This document shows positions 16,254 through 26,045 of a stretch of 64,000 nucleotides of DNA, in pieces. Numbering within the stretch: the first letter of the stretch is position 1; every line of letters begins with the position of its first letter. A program made the translations under genes and the position numbers. The notes under the pieces were generated by a model. It ran no database searches. It saw only the letters and a list, made by a program, of their open reading frames with translations, and was not told the origin of the DNA. The stretch is taken from NCBI GenBank assembly GCA_964404735.1, contig CAYOLA010000041.1, positions 1,310 through 65,309 on the forward strand, given 5' to 3'. The stretch is from an uncultured Bacteroidales bacterium (lineage in GTDB: Bacteria; Bacteroidota; Bacteroidia; Bacteroidales; B18-G4).

Positions 16254-16540
16254 TACCTGCTCCAAATACCGTTCTGAGCTTTGCGCTGAACTTTTCGCTG
16301 GGTTGCCTTTCGCTCGCTTACCTGGCCGCCCTGTACCGATTGATCAAAGGGCCAAGCATTCCCGACAGGATCATCGTGATCGACCTGGTGGCAAGCGCCA
16401 CCATTGGCATCGTTCTGACGCAGATCATTATAACGGGGGAAACCATATATATCAATGTGGCCCTGGTCATTGCACTGATCGTATTTATGGGTACCGTGGC
16501 ATTTGCAAAATATTTAAAAAAGACCGTAAAAAATGACTGA
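16250..16540 (+). CDS. mrpF: Monovalent cation/H+ antiporter subunit F
   Basis: 96 aa with 3 TM helices and the motif LIKGPSIPDRIIVIDL. A 4-nt overlap joins it to mrpE. Confidence 0.85.
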   Translation: MIPAPNTVLSFALNFSLGCLSLAYLAALYRLIKGPSIPDRIIVIDLVASATIGIVLTQIIITGETIYINVALVIALIVFMGTVAFAKYLKKTVKND

Positions 16541-16901
16541 ATGGATCGTATCGGCCATGATCATCCTTGGGTCGCTGTTCATGCTGGTGGCCGCCCTGGG
16601 CGTTATCCGGCTGCATGATGTTTACATGCGCATGCATGCCATTACGAAAGCTTCCTCGCTGGGGATCGTGTTTTATCTTTTAGCCGTTGTCATAAGCTGT
16701 TTTAGCTGGAACACCCTCATTGCCTCGGTGCTGGTCATGGTGTTTATTGTCGCCACCGCTCCCGTGGCCTCTCACATGATCGCCAGGGCAGCGCATATGA
16801 TGGGGATCCCCATGAGCAAGGGATATGTGATGGATCATCTCAAAAGGGATATGGAAAAGCAAAAAAAGGAGCCGGACAATGCCGGTGTATCAGGCAAATG
16901 A
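16533..16901 (+). CDS. mrpG: Na+/H+ antiporter subunit G
   Basis: 122 aa with the motif GVIRLHDVYMRMHAITKASSLG. It overlaps mrpF by 8 nt. Confidence 0.85.
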   Translation: MTEWIVSAMIILGSLFMLVAALGVIRLHDVYMRMHAITKASSLGIVFYLLAVVISCFSWNTLIASVLVMVFIVATAPVASHMIARAAHMMGIPMSKGYVMDHLKRDMEKQKKEPDNAGVSGK

Positions 16902-16906
16902 ACAGA

Positions 16907-17725
16907 CTAACCGGCATCTTCCCTTCCCGGTTGTTTCAGGATCAATTCAAAGGCTTCTTCTTTCAATGCAATACCGGAAGAGGGTAAAGTTATAAATTCA
17001 CCGGGGTGAAAGATGGCACACAGGGTATTGCGCACCGCATACAGTTTATGATGATGATCCTTCGGGATTGCATCGAGGATAGCCGCCATGGTTTCGTGCC
17101 GCACATTTCCGGGCTGCCATGCGTAATCATGCCAGACAATAACAGTTCCGCTGTGCATCAGATGGGCAAACACCTGTTCGGTATCATGCCTGATGGATGC
17201 ATAATGGTGATCGCCGTCGATAAAGATGAGGTCAAATTTTTCGCCCGGCACGGCAAAATCATAAGCTGCCGAGTCGGCTTCGATATGGGTAACATTGGGA
17301 ACCCCTTTCGAATACATGGCATGCTGGTTCACATAATCAGCATCGAGGCCCATGCCAAGCATTTGTGCGGGCGACAGGTTCATTGTGGTGCATTTCCCGG
17401 CAACTTCGGCCACATTGGCCACACTTTCGCCGCGCCAGGTACCGATTTCAAAATAGCGGCAATCTTTTACGGCGGTTGCCAGCGAACGCAGGAGCGCCAG
17501 ATCGGTTGGCAGCGAACCGCCTTCCAGAAAGGCATACGGATACACTCTCATTTCCGTTTTGCAAATATTTCCGAAGGCGATTTCAGGAAACGCAATCCTG
17601 CCATATCTTTTTTCAAGCTTTCGCTGCCATACCCCGTCATCATCGATCACCCTGTTGATCAGGTAAGGCCTTTTCGCAAGCAAGCCAATAGCGCTTATCA
17701 GTTTTCCCAGCTTTCCCATCCACAT
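16907..17725 (-). CDS. Class I SAM-dependent methyltransferase
   Basis: SAM motif I is YFEIGTWRGES, and LIFIDGDHHY is typical of the Methyltransf_24/CmcI-like group. Start 17725 avoids overlap with the upstream gene; the track start is 17749. Confidence 0.7.
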   Translation of the reverse strand: MWMGKLGKLISAIGLLAKRPYLINRVIDDDGVWQRKLEKRYGRIAFPEIAFGNICKTEMRVYPYAFLEGGSLPTDLALLRSLATAVKDCRYFEIGTWRGESVANVAEVAGKCTTMNLSPAQMLGMGLDADYVNQHAMYSKGVPNVTHIEADSAAYDFAVPGEKFDLIFIDGDHHYASIRHDTEQVFAHLMHSGTVIVWHDYAWQPGNVRHETMAAILDAIPKDHHHKLYAVRNTLCAIFHPGEFITLPSSGIALKEEAFELILKQPGREDAG

Positions 17726-17729
17726 CCCT

Positions 17730-19250
17730 TTAACCCGGCATCCTGTCATAGCCCGTTTTTAACACAACCTTGTACAGTACAAATTTATCGTTATTCCATT
17801 CGTAATCACAAATATAATCCTGCCGGTAAATAAAATCCTTTATTGCTTCATCAGACACTTCCTCATGCACCAGCACATAATTAACGCCGTATTCAAAAAT
17901 CAGATCAGCGATATCCCTTGCCGGCAATTCCTTATGATTCGCAATGCTTTGCCTTCCGGTGTATAGTGCCAGCACGCGTGGCTTGGCAAAGATGATCACT
18001 GCATTGGCAGCTGTGTGATCCCTGATATATGCGAAAGCTTCCTGCGACGACTTTTCCTGCGGACCGGGCAAGGTCTGATGGTGGATGTGGACGATATACC
18101 AGAACATGTTCAGGTACGACACCAGTACCAGCAGGCCCAGGAAAACTGTCTTCACCTGCTTACGGATGCCGGGGAACAGACTGACGGCTTCAAGCCCCCT
18201 CACCAGGTATACCATCAGGAAGGGTATCAGCGGAAAAAGAAAGCGAATGCCTGCATGCCTGTATGGATATACCAGCAATACCAGCAGGTACAGGATCACC
18301 ACCATATCGGCAAGTTCCCATTTCCGGCTGAAACTCCTGATCATCCCGAGCAGGGTAAATGTAAAGATTGCTGCCTTGAGCATGAGCGGTAGGAAATTCC
18401 ATGAGCCACCCCAGGGGGAAAAGAAATATTTGAATTGTTCGGTATAGTATGCAAGATTGTATAAAACCGTGGCATATAACGCCTCATCCCCCTCCCAGAT
18501 GCCGGTATAGGAACCCCCGTCGGCCTGCGGGACCGCGAAAACGAGCCTGTTAAGAATAAAATGAATCAATACTGCCCCCAAGGGGATCAGCAAAGCCAGC
18601 ATGCGCTTTCCTGCCATTCGGTTTTCCCGGTCGAAAAAGCGCCGCCTTATCAAATAGGCAAACAGGGCCAGCGGGAAAACAAATCCAATGGTTCTCACCG
18701 AGATAAGCAGTCCTCCGAGGAGTGCCAGCAACGCCCATATCCCGTAGGGACCATCTTCGTATTTCCCGTACAGCCAGACCAATAAAACCAGGAGCAGGGC
18801 AAACGGGAATTCAGACATGATCTCCAATTTCATGTTGAGGGTCCAGGGATTGTAAACGATAATGAGCACGAGAAAGATAGCGACCAGGTCGCCGAAATAT
18901 TTCCTGAGCCAGGCTGCGGTGACCAAACCAAATGCAAAAAGAAAAAAAGTGATCCAGTATGTAAAAGCTGCCACACTATTGCCAAAAATGGCATAAACCG
19001 GACTCAGGAGCAGTGGAAAACCAATGGGGTATGCCGGCGGGCCCAATACCGGGTTACCCGGATTGTAGATATAGGGTGTTTCTGCCTGCGGCAATCCCTT
19101 CACGATATTGCCTGCCTGCATGATATACATGGCAAAATCGCCCCCCCAGTCGTGTGAATCGCGATTATTAATAAAGAATACCGGCACAAGAAGAAGTGCA
19201 AGTATTAAAAAATTTTTATTGAATATCTTTTTAACCAGCCTTTTTGCCAT
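17730..19250 (-). CDS. GT-C fold membrane glycosyltransferase (family 39 / ArnT-PMT-like)
   Basis: About 506-aa polytopic protein with more than 10 TM helices and a soluble C-terminal domain. The architecture resembles ArnT and dolichyl-phosphate-mannose transferases. ATG 19250 is preferred over the TTG at 19271. Confidence 0.6.
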   Translation of the reverse strand: MAKRLVKKIFNKNFLILALLLVPVFFINNRDSHDWGGDFAMYIMQAGNIVKGLPQAETPYIYNPGNPVLGPPAYPIGFPLLLSPVYAIFGNSVAAFTYWITFFLFAFGLVTAAWLRKYFGDLVAIFLVLIIVYNPWTLNMKLEIMSEFPFALLLVLLVWLYGKYEDGPYGIWALLALLGGLLISVRTIGFVFPLALFAYLIRRRFFDRENRMAGKRMLALLIPLGAVLIHFILNRLVFAVPQADGGSYTGIWEGDEALYATVLYNLAYYTEQFKYFFSPWGGSWNFLPLMLKAAIFTFTLLGMIRSFSRKWELADMVVILYLLVLLVYPYRHAGIRFLFPLIPFLMVYLVRGLEAVSLFPGIRKQVKTVFLGLLVLVSYLNMFWYIVHIHHQTLPGPQEKSSQEAFAYIRDHTAANAVIIFAKPRVLALYTGRQSIANHKELPARDIADLIFEYGVNYVLVHEEVSDEAIKDFIYRQDYICDYEWNNDKFVLYKVVLKTGYDRMPG

Positions 19251-19433
19251 TTCTCTATAATTGCTGACCAAATTTATAAAAATGGATCAAGCAGACCAAA
19301 AATCCGGTCATAAATCCCGGAATCCAGTGCAAATAATATCAGCTGAGTGAAAAAAAAGCACCATAAATGGCAGACACACACGACCTAAAAAAATAAAATA
19401 TAAATATTTTGTATGATTTTTAATTAATATATG

Positions 19434-19441
19434 TACTTTTG
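19434..19441 (+). promoter_or_regulatory. Bacteroidota-type -7 box TACTTTTG (with TTTG at 19408-19411) for the cold-shock gene
   Basis: It matches TAnnTTTG 22 nt upstream of the ATG. An upstream TTTG element lies 22 nt before the box, and the surroundings are AT-rich. Confidence 0.55.
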
Positions 19442-19463
19442 CGGAAATTAATAATTTAATACA

Positions 19464-19655
19464 ATGAATAAAGGAACAGTAAAATTCTTTAATAACTCAA
19501 AAGGATATGGGTTCATTAAAGACGAAGAATCAGACAAAGAATACTTTGTCCATGCAACAGGCCTCATTGATGAGGTTAAGGAAAATGACGAAGTAACATT
19601 TGATCTTGCCGATGGCAAAAAAGGTCTCAATGCTGTGAATGTTAAACTCGCATAG
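19464..19655 (+). CDS. Cold-shock protein (CspA family)
   Basis: 63 aa. GTVKFFNNSKGYGFI is RNP1 and EYFVHAT is RNP2. Confidence 0.95.
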   Translation: MNKGTVKFFNNSKGYGFIKDEESDKEYFVHATGLIDEVKENDEVTFDLADGKKGLNAVNVKLA

Positions 19656-19685
19656 TTTAAGGTATATCAGATTAGAAGACTGAAG

Positions 19686-19714
19686 CCCTCCGCACAAGCG
19701 GGGGGTTTTTTTTT
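19686..19714 (+). terminator. Rho-independent terminator after the cold-shock gene
   Basis: CCCTCCGC-ACAA-GCGGGGGG is a hairpin with one G-U pair, followed by T9. Confidence 0.8.
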
Positions 19715-19738
19715 ATCTATATACCCGGGAGCCGCCAT

Positions 19739-21652
19739 TTACTCAGGAGATGGGAGTTCATCTTTCAGAACCTGCAGGGCCAGGCCTTTTATATATTCCT
19801 CTTCTACAGCAAATCCCAGTTTCCTGGCCATGAACGCATCCTGCAGGCCTTTGTCGAATTTTTCCTGCGACACCCTTGCCAGCGAGCGCCTGAACCACAT
19901 TTCAGCATCGGCGGGATTGAGGCCAATGGCACTTGTAAAGTCCTGCTCGGCCTTGTCGAACATCCGCATCCAAACGTATGCCTTGCCGCGTTCCTTATAA
20001 TACAATACCTTCCCGGGGTCAAGTTCAATGGCTTTACTGAAATCACTGACAGCATCAGGCAATGAATTTTTTCGCTGGAATACCAACGCCCGGTTAAAAT
20101 ATACGAGCGGTTCGGCAGGTTTTAGTGCCACAGCCCTGTTCATATCTTCAAGGGCAGGGTCATTTTTGCCCAGGCGCATGTATGCCACCCCCCTGTTCAG
20201 GTATGACTTGTAATAATTAACGTTCATTTCGACAGCCTTGCTGAATCCGGCAATGGCCAGGCGCAAATCCCCTTCTTCCATATATATAAGCCCGATGTTA
20301 TTGACGGCCATAAAGGCGTCGGGCTTCCTTTCGATACAGCGGGCATAATCGAACCTCGCCCTGACAAAATTGCCGTTAGCGGCATGATAATCGCCCCGCA
20401 TAAAAAAAGCATGGTGATGATCGGGATAGCTTTCGATGACCGAGGTCCATAAGCGTTCGCTGTTGTGCCAAATGCCAATTCGCTGAAACGACATCCACCC
20501 CAATAAAATGACGGTGGCGAACAGGGTCGCCGTTAAGGCAATTTGAATGGGTACAACAGGCAAAGACCTCCTGCTGAGGATGGATTTAAACCCCGCCGCT
20601 ACCAGTATAAACAATCCCATACATGGCAGGTAGGCCTGGCTCTCGCGAAATGATCCCGGCCCGTAGAAAGTGAATACAAGCGAAGCTGTCCCGGCCAGGA
20701 AAAAGAAAAGCAAGGAAGATATCAGCGCCCGCTGCCTTCTGAAAAATAATAATACCGCCAGCCACAGAACAAAGGGCAACAGCAAAACGAGGATAACAGC
20801 AGGAGAAAACACCTCCGGGAATGGGTGAAATGCCGACAAGCCTGCGGGCAGGATAAATTTTATCAGCAGCATGGCAAGGGCATAGATGCCCATGAGCAAA
20901 TTCACCGGAAAACCACGCTCGTCCGGCATGATATCCGCATTTATAACCGTTAGCGAATAAACAGAGATCAATGCGAAGACAAGGCTCATCAGGAACCAGA
21001 GCCGTTTTTCATATAGTGCAAGGCGAAGATCCCTGCGATACAGATAATCAATCAGTAAAAGTGCCGCAGGGAAGGCGATGGCCACGGGGTTCGACAGCAA
21101 TGCCAACAAAAATAAGAGCGTGATGAGTCCAAAATGGTATTTTTTCCTGAGATGAAGCCGGTACAGATAGGTGACCGTAGCTGCAAGAAAAAACAGGCTG
21201 CCCAACAACTGTCCGCGGGCCGAAATCCAGGCCACTGCTTCAGCATTCAGCGGGTGGACGGCAAACAGGAGAGCAGCCACTCCCGCCGCAAACACACTTC
21301 CTGTGAGCATCTGCGCCAACCTGAAAAGAAGGATAATATTTGCCAGATGCAGGAGGAGATTGAGCAAGTGAAGGGTACGCAATGGTATTTCGCCCGACAA
21401 AGCCATACCGGGTAAAAAAGAGGCAAGGGCCAGGGGCTGATAATTGCCAAAGACAGGCGACAGGAAAAGTTTTAGGACATTAGCGGCCGTTAAGCGCTGA
21501 AAAAGCGGGTTATCAACCAAAATAAACTGGTCGACTCCCGTAATCCATCCATGGTTTACAACAGGCATGTATATGCCAAAAGCAAGCAGGATGATCCCTG
21601 CCAGCCACCATGACGGCTGCTGATGAATATTTTTCAGTAAAACATGCTGCAT
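19739..21652 (-). CDS. Polytopic membrane protein with C-terminal TPR repeats (TMTC/PMT-like putative glycosyltransferase)
   Basis: 637 aa. The N-terminal roughly 400 aa are strongly hydrophobic with many TM helices. The C-terminal roughly 230 aa show repeated TPR-like A..Y....G.......A...F..A....P patterns. Confidence 0.6.
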   Translation of the reverse strand: MQHVLLKNIHQQPSWWLAGIILLAFGIYMPVVNHGWITGVDQFILVDNPLFQRLTAANVLKLFLSPVFGNYQPLALASFLPGMALSGEIPLRTLHLLNLLLHLANIILLFRLAQMLTGSVFAAGVAALLFAVHPLNAEAVAWISARGQLLGSLFFLAATVTYLYRLHLRKKYHFGLITLLFLLALLSNPVAIAFPAALLLIDYLYRRDLRLALYEKRLWFLMSLVFALISVYSLTVINADIMPDERGFPVNLLMGIYALAMLLIKFILPAGLSAFHPFPEVFSPAVILVLLLPFVLWLAVLLFFRRQRALISSLLFFFLAGTASLVFTFYGPGSFRESQAYLPCMGLFILVAAGFKSILSRRSLPVVPIQIALTATLFATVILLGWMSFQRIGIWHNSERLWTSVIESYPDHHHAFFMRGDYHAANGNFVRARFDYARCIERKPDAFMAVNNIGLIYMEEGDLRLAIAGFSKAVEMNVNYYKSYLNRGVAYMRLGKNDPALEDMNRAVALKPAEPLVYFNRALVFQRKNSLPDAVSDFSKAIELDPGKVLYYKERGKAYVWMRMFDKAEQDFTSAIGLNPADAEMWFRRSLARVSQEKFDKGLQDAFMARKLGFAVEEEYIKGLALQVLKDELPSPE

Positions 21653-21760
21653 ACCTGATGGCCTGCTGTTAAGACAGCCATGCCATTAGGTGCAAAGTTA
21701 AGAAAACAGGGCTGACCAGAAAATATTTCAGATAAGTAGTCAAACATCTTTCCCGATACG

Positions 21761-21768
21761 TAATTTTG
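21761..21768 (+). promoter_or_regulatory. Candidate -7 box TAATTTTG
   Basis: It matches TAnnTTTG 29 nt upstream of ATG 21798. Confidence 0.4.
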
Positions 21769-21797
21769 CAGCATCAATCATCTTAACAAAATAAGTC

Positions 21798-22394
21798 ATG
21801 GAAGAGTTTTTTGGATCATGGACAATGACATGGGTTCTCATTCCCTTAATGATCTTTACCGCAAGGGTACTGGATGTTTCGATTGGAACACTGCGGCTGA
21901 TCTATATTTCGAAAGGCTTCAGGATACTGGCACCGCTACTCGGATTTTTCGAGGTAATCATCTGGCTGATCGCCATCCGGCAGATCATGCAGCACCTCGA
22001 CAACTACATGTGTTATCTGGCCTACGGGCTGGGATTTGCAACCGGCAACTATGTGGGGATGCTGATCGACGACTGGCTTTCGGTGGGTCATGTGATCATC
22101 AGGGTCTTTGTCAAGCAGCAGGGCGATGCCGTAATACAGGCCCTCAGGAAGTCGTCATTTGGCGTAACCGTGTTGAATGCCGAAGGCATGACCGGTCCCA
22201 TACGCGTATTTTTGTCGATCATGAAACGCAAGAGCCTGAAGGCAGCCCTGCACACCATTCATCAGCATGACCCGCAAGCTTTTTACACCATTGAAGATCT
22301 GGGGATGGTTAAACAGGGTTATTTCAAGCCCCCTGTAAAAAAACCCTATTTTACCATGATCAACGCATTCTCGTTCGGCAGAAAGGGCAAATAG
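21798..22394 (+). CDS. UPF0316/DUF2179-family membrane protein
   Basis: 198 aa. The N-terminal 3 TM helices carry FTARVLDVSIGTLRLIYISKG, which is typical of UPF0316, and a soluble C-terminal domain follows. Confidence 0.6.
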   Translation: MEEFFGSWTMTWVLIPLMIFTARVLDVSIGTLRLIYISKGFRILAPLLGFFEVIIWLIAIRQIMQHLDNYMCYLAYGLGFATGNYVGMLIDDWLSVGHVIIRVFVKQQGDAVIQALRKSSFGVTVLNAEGMTGPIRVFLSIMKRKSLKAALHTIHQHDPQAFYTIEDLGMVKQGYFKPPVKKPYFTMINAFSFGRKGK

Positions 22395-22510
22395 CCTGTA
22401 TTTATGGTATAAGTCCGTGAACATCCGGCCCCCGCAATTGTTTAATAACTTATAGGGAATTATCAGTTTGACTTAATAAAAATTTAATCCCGCCACATCA
22501 GCGGAAAGAT

Positions 22511-22518
22511 TACCTTTG
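22511..22518 (+). promoter_or_regulatory. Candidate -7 box TACCTTTG upstream of the EF-G paralog
   Basis: It matches TAnnTTTG 70 nt upstream of the ATG. Confidence 0.4.
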
Positions 22519-22588
22519 CAGCCATTTTTGAGAGACGGGCTTTCCTCAGGTAAAGCCATGATGAACAATAATAACATTATACGAAAGA

Positions 22589-24664
22589 ATGTCACTAACG
22601 AAATTAAGAAATATAGGCATAGCAGCCCATATCGATGCCGGGAAGACCACCGTAACGGAAAGGATACTCTTTTTTACCGGAGTTTCGCGCAAAATGGGTG
22701 AAGTACATGACGGGCAGGCCACCATGGACTTTATGAAACAGGAGCAGGAAAGGGGCATCACCATTGCCTCTGCAGCCATCACGGCCAGATGGGGAGAACA
22801 CCAGATCAACATCATCGATACACCGGGTCACGTCGATTTCACCATTGAGGTGGAACGTTCGCTTCGCGTGATCGATGGTATGGTGGCAGTTTTTTGTGCT
22901 GTGGGGGGTGTTGAACCGCAAAGTGAAACCGTATGGAACCAGGCCGACCGCTACCGGGTGCCGCGCATTGCTTTTATCAACAAGATGGATCGTACCGGTG
23001 CCGATTTCCAGGAGGTTGTTACACAGATGAACAAATACCTTGATGCCAATGCCATTCCCTTCCAGTTACCCATGGGGGCGGAAGAAGATTTCCTGGGCAC
23101 CATCGACATCATCAGGCAAAAAGCCTACACCTTTACCGAAGAAGGGCGTGGAGAGATCGGCATTCCAGCCGAATATGCCGGACAGGCTGAGTCAGCCAGG
23201 CAGTTTTTGATAGAAAAGCTGGCAGATTTCGATGACGAATTGGCCAATCTCTACCTCGATGAGCAGGAAGTACCTGCCGAACTACTGATCAAAGTGGCAC
23301 GTAAGGCCACGCTGAAACTGATGATCACGCCGGTATTTTGCGGAGCCGCCTATAAGAACAAGGGCATTCAATTGCTGCTGGATGCGGTTGTTGACTACCT
23401 GCCCTCCCCCATCGACGTGGGTGCCGTGATCGGTTTGGACACGGTACAGGAGGATAAAACACATACCAGGAACCCTTCGGTACATGAGCCTTTTTCGGCA
23501 TTGGCCTTTAAACTGATCAACGATCCTTACGTAGGCCAGCAAACTTTTATCCGGATATTTTCGGGTGAATTGAAGAACGGCATGCAGATTTATAACTCGT
23601 CGAAGGGCAAACATGAGCGGATAGGCCGGATCATGCGCATCAGGGCGAAAGACAGGGAAGAGATCAGTTCGGCCGGGCCGGGTGAGATCGTGGCGCTTAT
23701 CGGCATGAAGCTGACCAAGACCGGCGACACCCTATGCGATCCCGCCAACGAATTGCTGCTCGAATCCATCCATGTGCCACCTACGGTGATAGAGCTGAAG
23801 ATCTCCCCCGAAAGCAGGAAAGACCAGAGCAAGCTGGGAGAAGCACTCTCTAAACTGGCCAATGAAGACCCCTCATTCAATGTGCGTTTTGATCATGAAA
23901 CGGAAGAAACCATCGTATCAGGCATGGGTGAGTTGCACCTCGAGATCATCATCGACCGGATCAAAGAAGAATTTGGTGTGAAGGTGGAAGTGGGTGAACC
24001 AGCAGTAGCATACAGGGAAACCATCTCTGCAGAGGTTGAATCCAACTATCGTCATGTAAAGCAAACAGGTGGCAAAGGACAATTTGCCCATACCGTAATG
24101 CGTATCGAGCCAAATCCCGGCCTGGGTTATGAATTTATTAACCAGATCAAGGGCGGGGTGATCCCGAACGAGTTCATCCCCTCGGTCGACAAAGGCATAA
24201 AAAAGGTATTGGAGTCAGGTATTATATCAGGCTTTCCGGTGATCGATGTCAAGGTGGTGCTGATCGACGGTGCCCATCACCCGGTCGACTCTTCCGACAT
24301 GGCCTTCCAGACTTGTGCCGCCATCGGTTTTAAACAGGGTTTTTTGAAGGCAGCGCCGCAATTACTCGAGCCCATCATGAAGATTGAGGTCAATACACCC
24401 GACGATTATATTGGCGAGGTGGTTGGCAACCTGAACCGCAAGCGCGGAAAGATCGAAGCCATGCGGAGGTACCGCAAAGGATCGCAAAAACTCAACGGCT
24501 TTGTCCCGCTGGCGGAGATGTTTGGATATGCCACCCAGTTAAGAAACCTTTCGAGCGGCCGGGCCAATTACTCCATGGAATTTTACCGCTACGAGCCGAT
24601 GCCTGCCTCACTCCAGGAGGATGTTTTGAAAAAGCTCAGGGAAAAGAAAGAATCGAAGAAATAA
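22589..24664 (+). CDS. fusA: Elongation factor G (stand-alone paralog, EF-G2-like)
   Basis: 691 aa. GTPase motifs are [14 protein letters not shown] and NKMD, and the full five-domain EF-G length is present. It is not flanked by rpsL/rpsG/tuf. Confidence 0.85.
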   Translation: MSLTKLRNIGIAAHIDAGKTTVTERILFFTGVSRKMGEVHDGQATMDFMKQEQERGITIASAAITARWGEHQINIIDTPGHVDFTIEVERSLRVIDGMVAVFCAVGGVEPQSETVWNQADRYRVPRIAFINKMDRTGADFQEVVTQMNKYLDANAIPFQLPMGAEEDFLGTIDIIRQKAYTFTEEGRGEIGIPAEYAGQAESARQFLIEKLADFDDELANLYLDEQEVPAELLIKVARKATLKLMITPVFCGAAYKNKGIQLLLDAVVDYLPSPIDVGAVIGLDTVQEDKTHTRNPSVHEPFSALAFKLINDPYVGQQTFIRIFSGELKNGMQIYNSSKGKHERIGRIMRIRAKDREEISSAGPGEIVALIGMKLTKTGDTLCDPANELLLESIHVPPTVIELKISPESRKDQSKLGEALSKLANEDPSFNVRFDHETEETIVSGMGELHLEIIIDRIKEEFGVKVEVGEPAVAYRETISAEVESNYRHVKQTGGKGQFAHTVMRIEPNPGLGYEFINQIKGGVIPNEFIPSVDKGIKKVLESGIISGFPVIDVKVVLIDGAHHPVDSSDMAFQTCAAIGFKQGFLKAAPQLLEPIMKIEVNTPDDYIGEVVGNLNRKRGKIEAMRRYRKGSQKLNGFVPLAEMFGYATQLRNLSSGRANYSMEFYRYEPMPASLQEDVLKKLREKKESKK

Positions 24665-24727
24665 CATTTGTGCCGAAAGGGAACACATTATGGTGATCCC
24701 GGCACGGGCTGCTGTGCAGGCTTTTTA

Positions 24728-24735
24728 TATCTTTG
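24728..24735 (+). promoter_or_regulatory. Candidate -7 box TATCTTTG upstream of the DEAD-box helicase
   Basis: It matches TAnnTTTG and lies inside the ORF-track N-terminal extension, which supports ATG 24771 as the true start. Confidence 0.4.
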
Positions 24736-24770
24736 CCGTATTCAGCAGGCATTTTTTATACCATTTTTAC

Positions 24771-25976
24771 ATGAATTTTAACGAACTCGGATTAAACGAA
24801 CAACTGATCGAAGCCATTTCTTACATGGGCTTTGAGAAAACCACCCCCATACAGGAAATGGCCATTCCGCCGATCATGGAAGGGCGCGACCTGATCGGCT
24901 GCGCCCAAACCGGCACCGGAAAGACTGCCGCTTTCATCCTGCCCATATTACATAAGCTGATCGAAGAAAATACCGGCGGCACCAGGGTGCTGATACTGGT
25001 TCCAACCAGGGAGCTGGCCTTGCAGATCGACCAGCAGGTGAACGGATTTTCCTATTTTACGAACGTATCCTCCCTGCCTGTTTATGGCGGGGGCAACGGT
25101 GTTGACTGGGATCAGGAAAGGCGCTCACTCAGCCAGGGAGCCGATATCATCGTGGCCACACCCGGCAAGCTCATCTCACACCTGACGATGGGATATGTAA
25201 ATTTTGACACGATCACCCACCTGGTGCTTGACGAAGCCGACCGTATGCTCGACATCGGTTTTTACGACGACATTATGCGCATCATCAGTTACCTGCCAAA
25301 AAAACGGCAGACACTCATGTTCAGCGCCACCATGCCGAAAGCCATCAGGCAACTCACTGAGAAGATACTGAATAAGCCCCTCGAATTGAGCATGGAGGTG
25401 GCAAAACCTCCCGAAGGTGTGCTGCAGGCTGTTTACCTTGCACACGATGAACAAAAAACACCCCTGATCAATCTGCTGATCAGCAATAAGCCCGAATGCA
25501 GAAGCATTCTTATTTTCAGCTCAACGAAAAAGAAGGTTTCCGAGATCGTGAGGAGTATGAAAAAACAGGGATTCGATGCTGCCGGTATTTCTTCCGACTT
25601 GAACCAGAACGAAAGGGAAGAAGTGCTTGGCAGGTTCAGGGCCAGGCAACTGAGAATACTTGTGGCCACGGATGTGATGAGCCGCGGCATCGACGTTAAG
25701 GACATCAACCTGGTGATCAATTATGATGCGCCCGGCGATGCAGAAGATTATGTACACAGGGTGGGTCGCACAGCGAGGGCTGAAACGACAGGCATTGCCC
25801 TTACGCTTATAAACAGGGACGACCTGTATAAATTAAAGCGTATCGAAAGCCTCATTGGCAAAGAGATCATGAAAATACCACTTCCGGCGGAGCTGGGCGA
25901 AGGTCCGCAACCGGGCGACAAGCCGGCGGAAAACAGAAAACGTTACGGGGGCTCTCACAAGAACAGGAAGCGTTAA
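24771..25976 (+). CDS. DEAD-box ATP-dependent RNA helicase
   Basis: Motifs are the Q motif (F..T.IQ), AQTGTGKT, DEAD, SAT and HRVGRTAR, with a basic C-terminal tail. Confidence 0.95.
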   Translation: MNFNELGLNEQLIEAISYMGFEKTTPIQEMAIPPIMEGRDLIGCAQTGTGKTAAFILPILHKLIEENTGGTRVLILVPTRELALQIDQQVNGFSYFTNVSSLPVYGGGNGVDWDQERRSLSQGADIIVATPGKLISHLTMGYVNFDTITHLVLDEADRMLDIGFYDDIMRIISYLPKKRQTLMFSATMPKAIRQLTEKILNKPLELSMEVAKPPEGVLQAVYLAHDEQKTPLINLLISNKPECRSILIFSSTKKKVSEIVRSMKKQGFDAAGISSDLNQNEREEVLGRFRARQLRILVATDVMSRGIDVKDINLVINYDAPGDAEDYVHRVGRTARAETTGIALTLINRDDLYKLKRIESLIGKEIMKIPLPAELGEGPQPGDKPAENRKRYGGSHKNRKR

Positions 25977-26045
25977 TGATACTGTTGGGAAAAACAGTTT
26001 AACACGCATGCAAAATTTTTTTTAACACCCCTTATTTCATCTGAA

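Noticed and set aside
17006-17833. 275-aa ORF on the plus strand
   Set aside because: It lies entirely antisense to the methyltransferase and to the end of the GT-C gene. Its composition is His/Gly/Arg-rich and it has no motifs, whereas the minus-strand frame carries clear SAM-methyltransferase motifs. I treat it as a shadow ORF.
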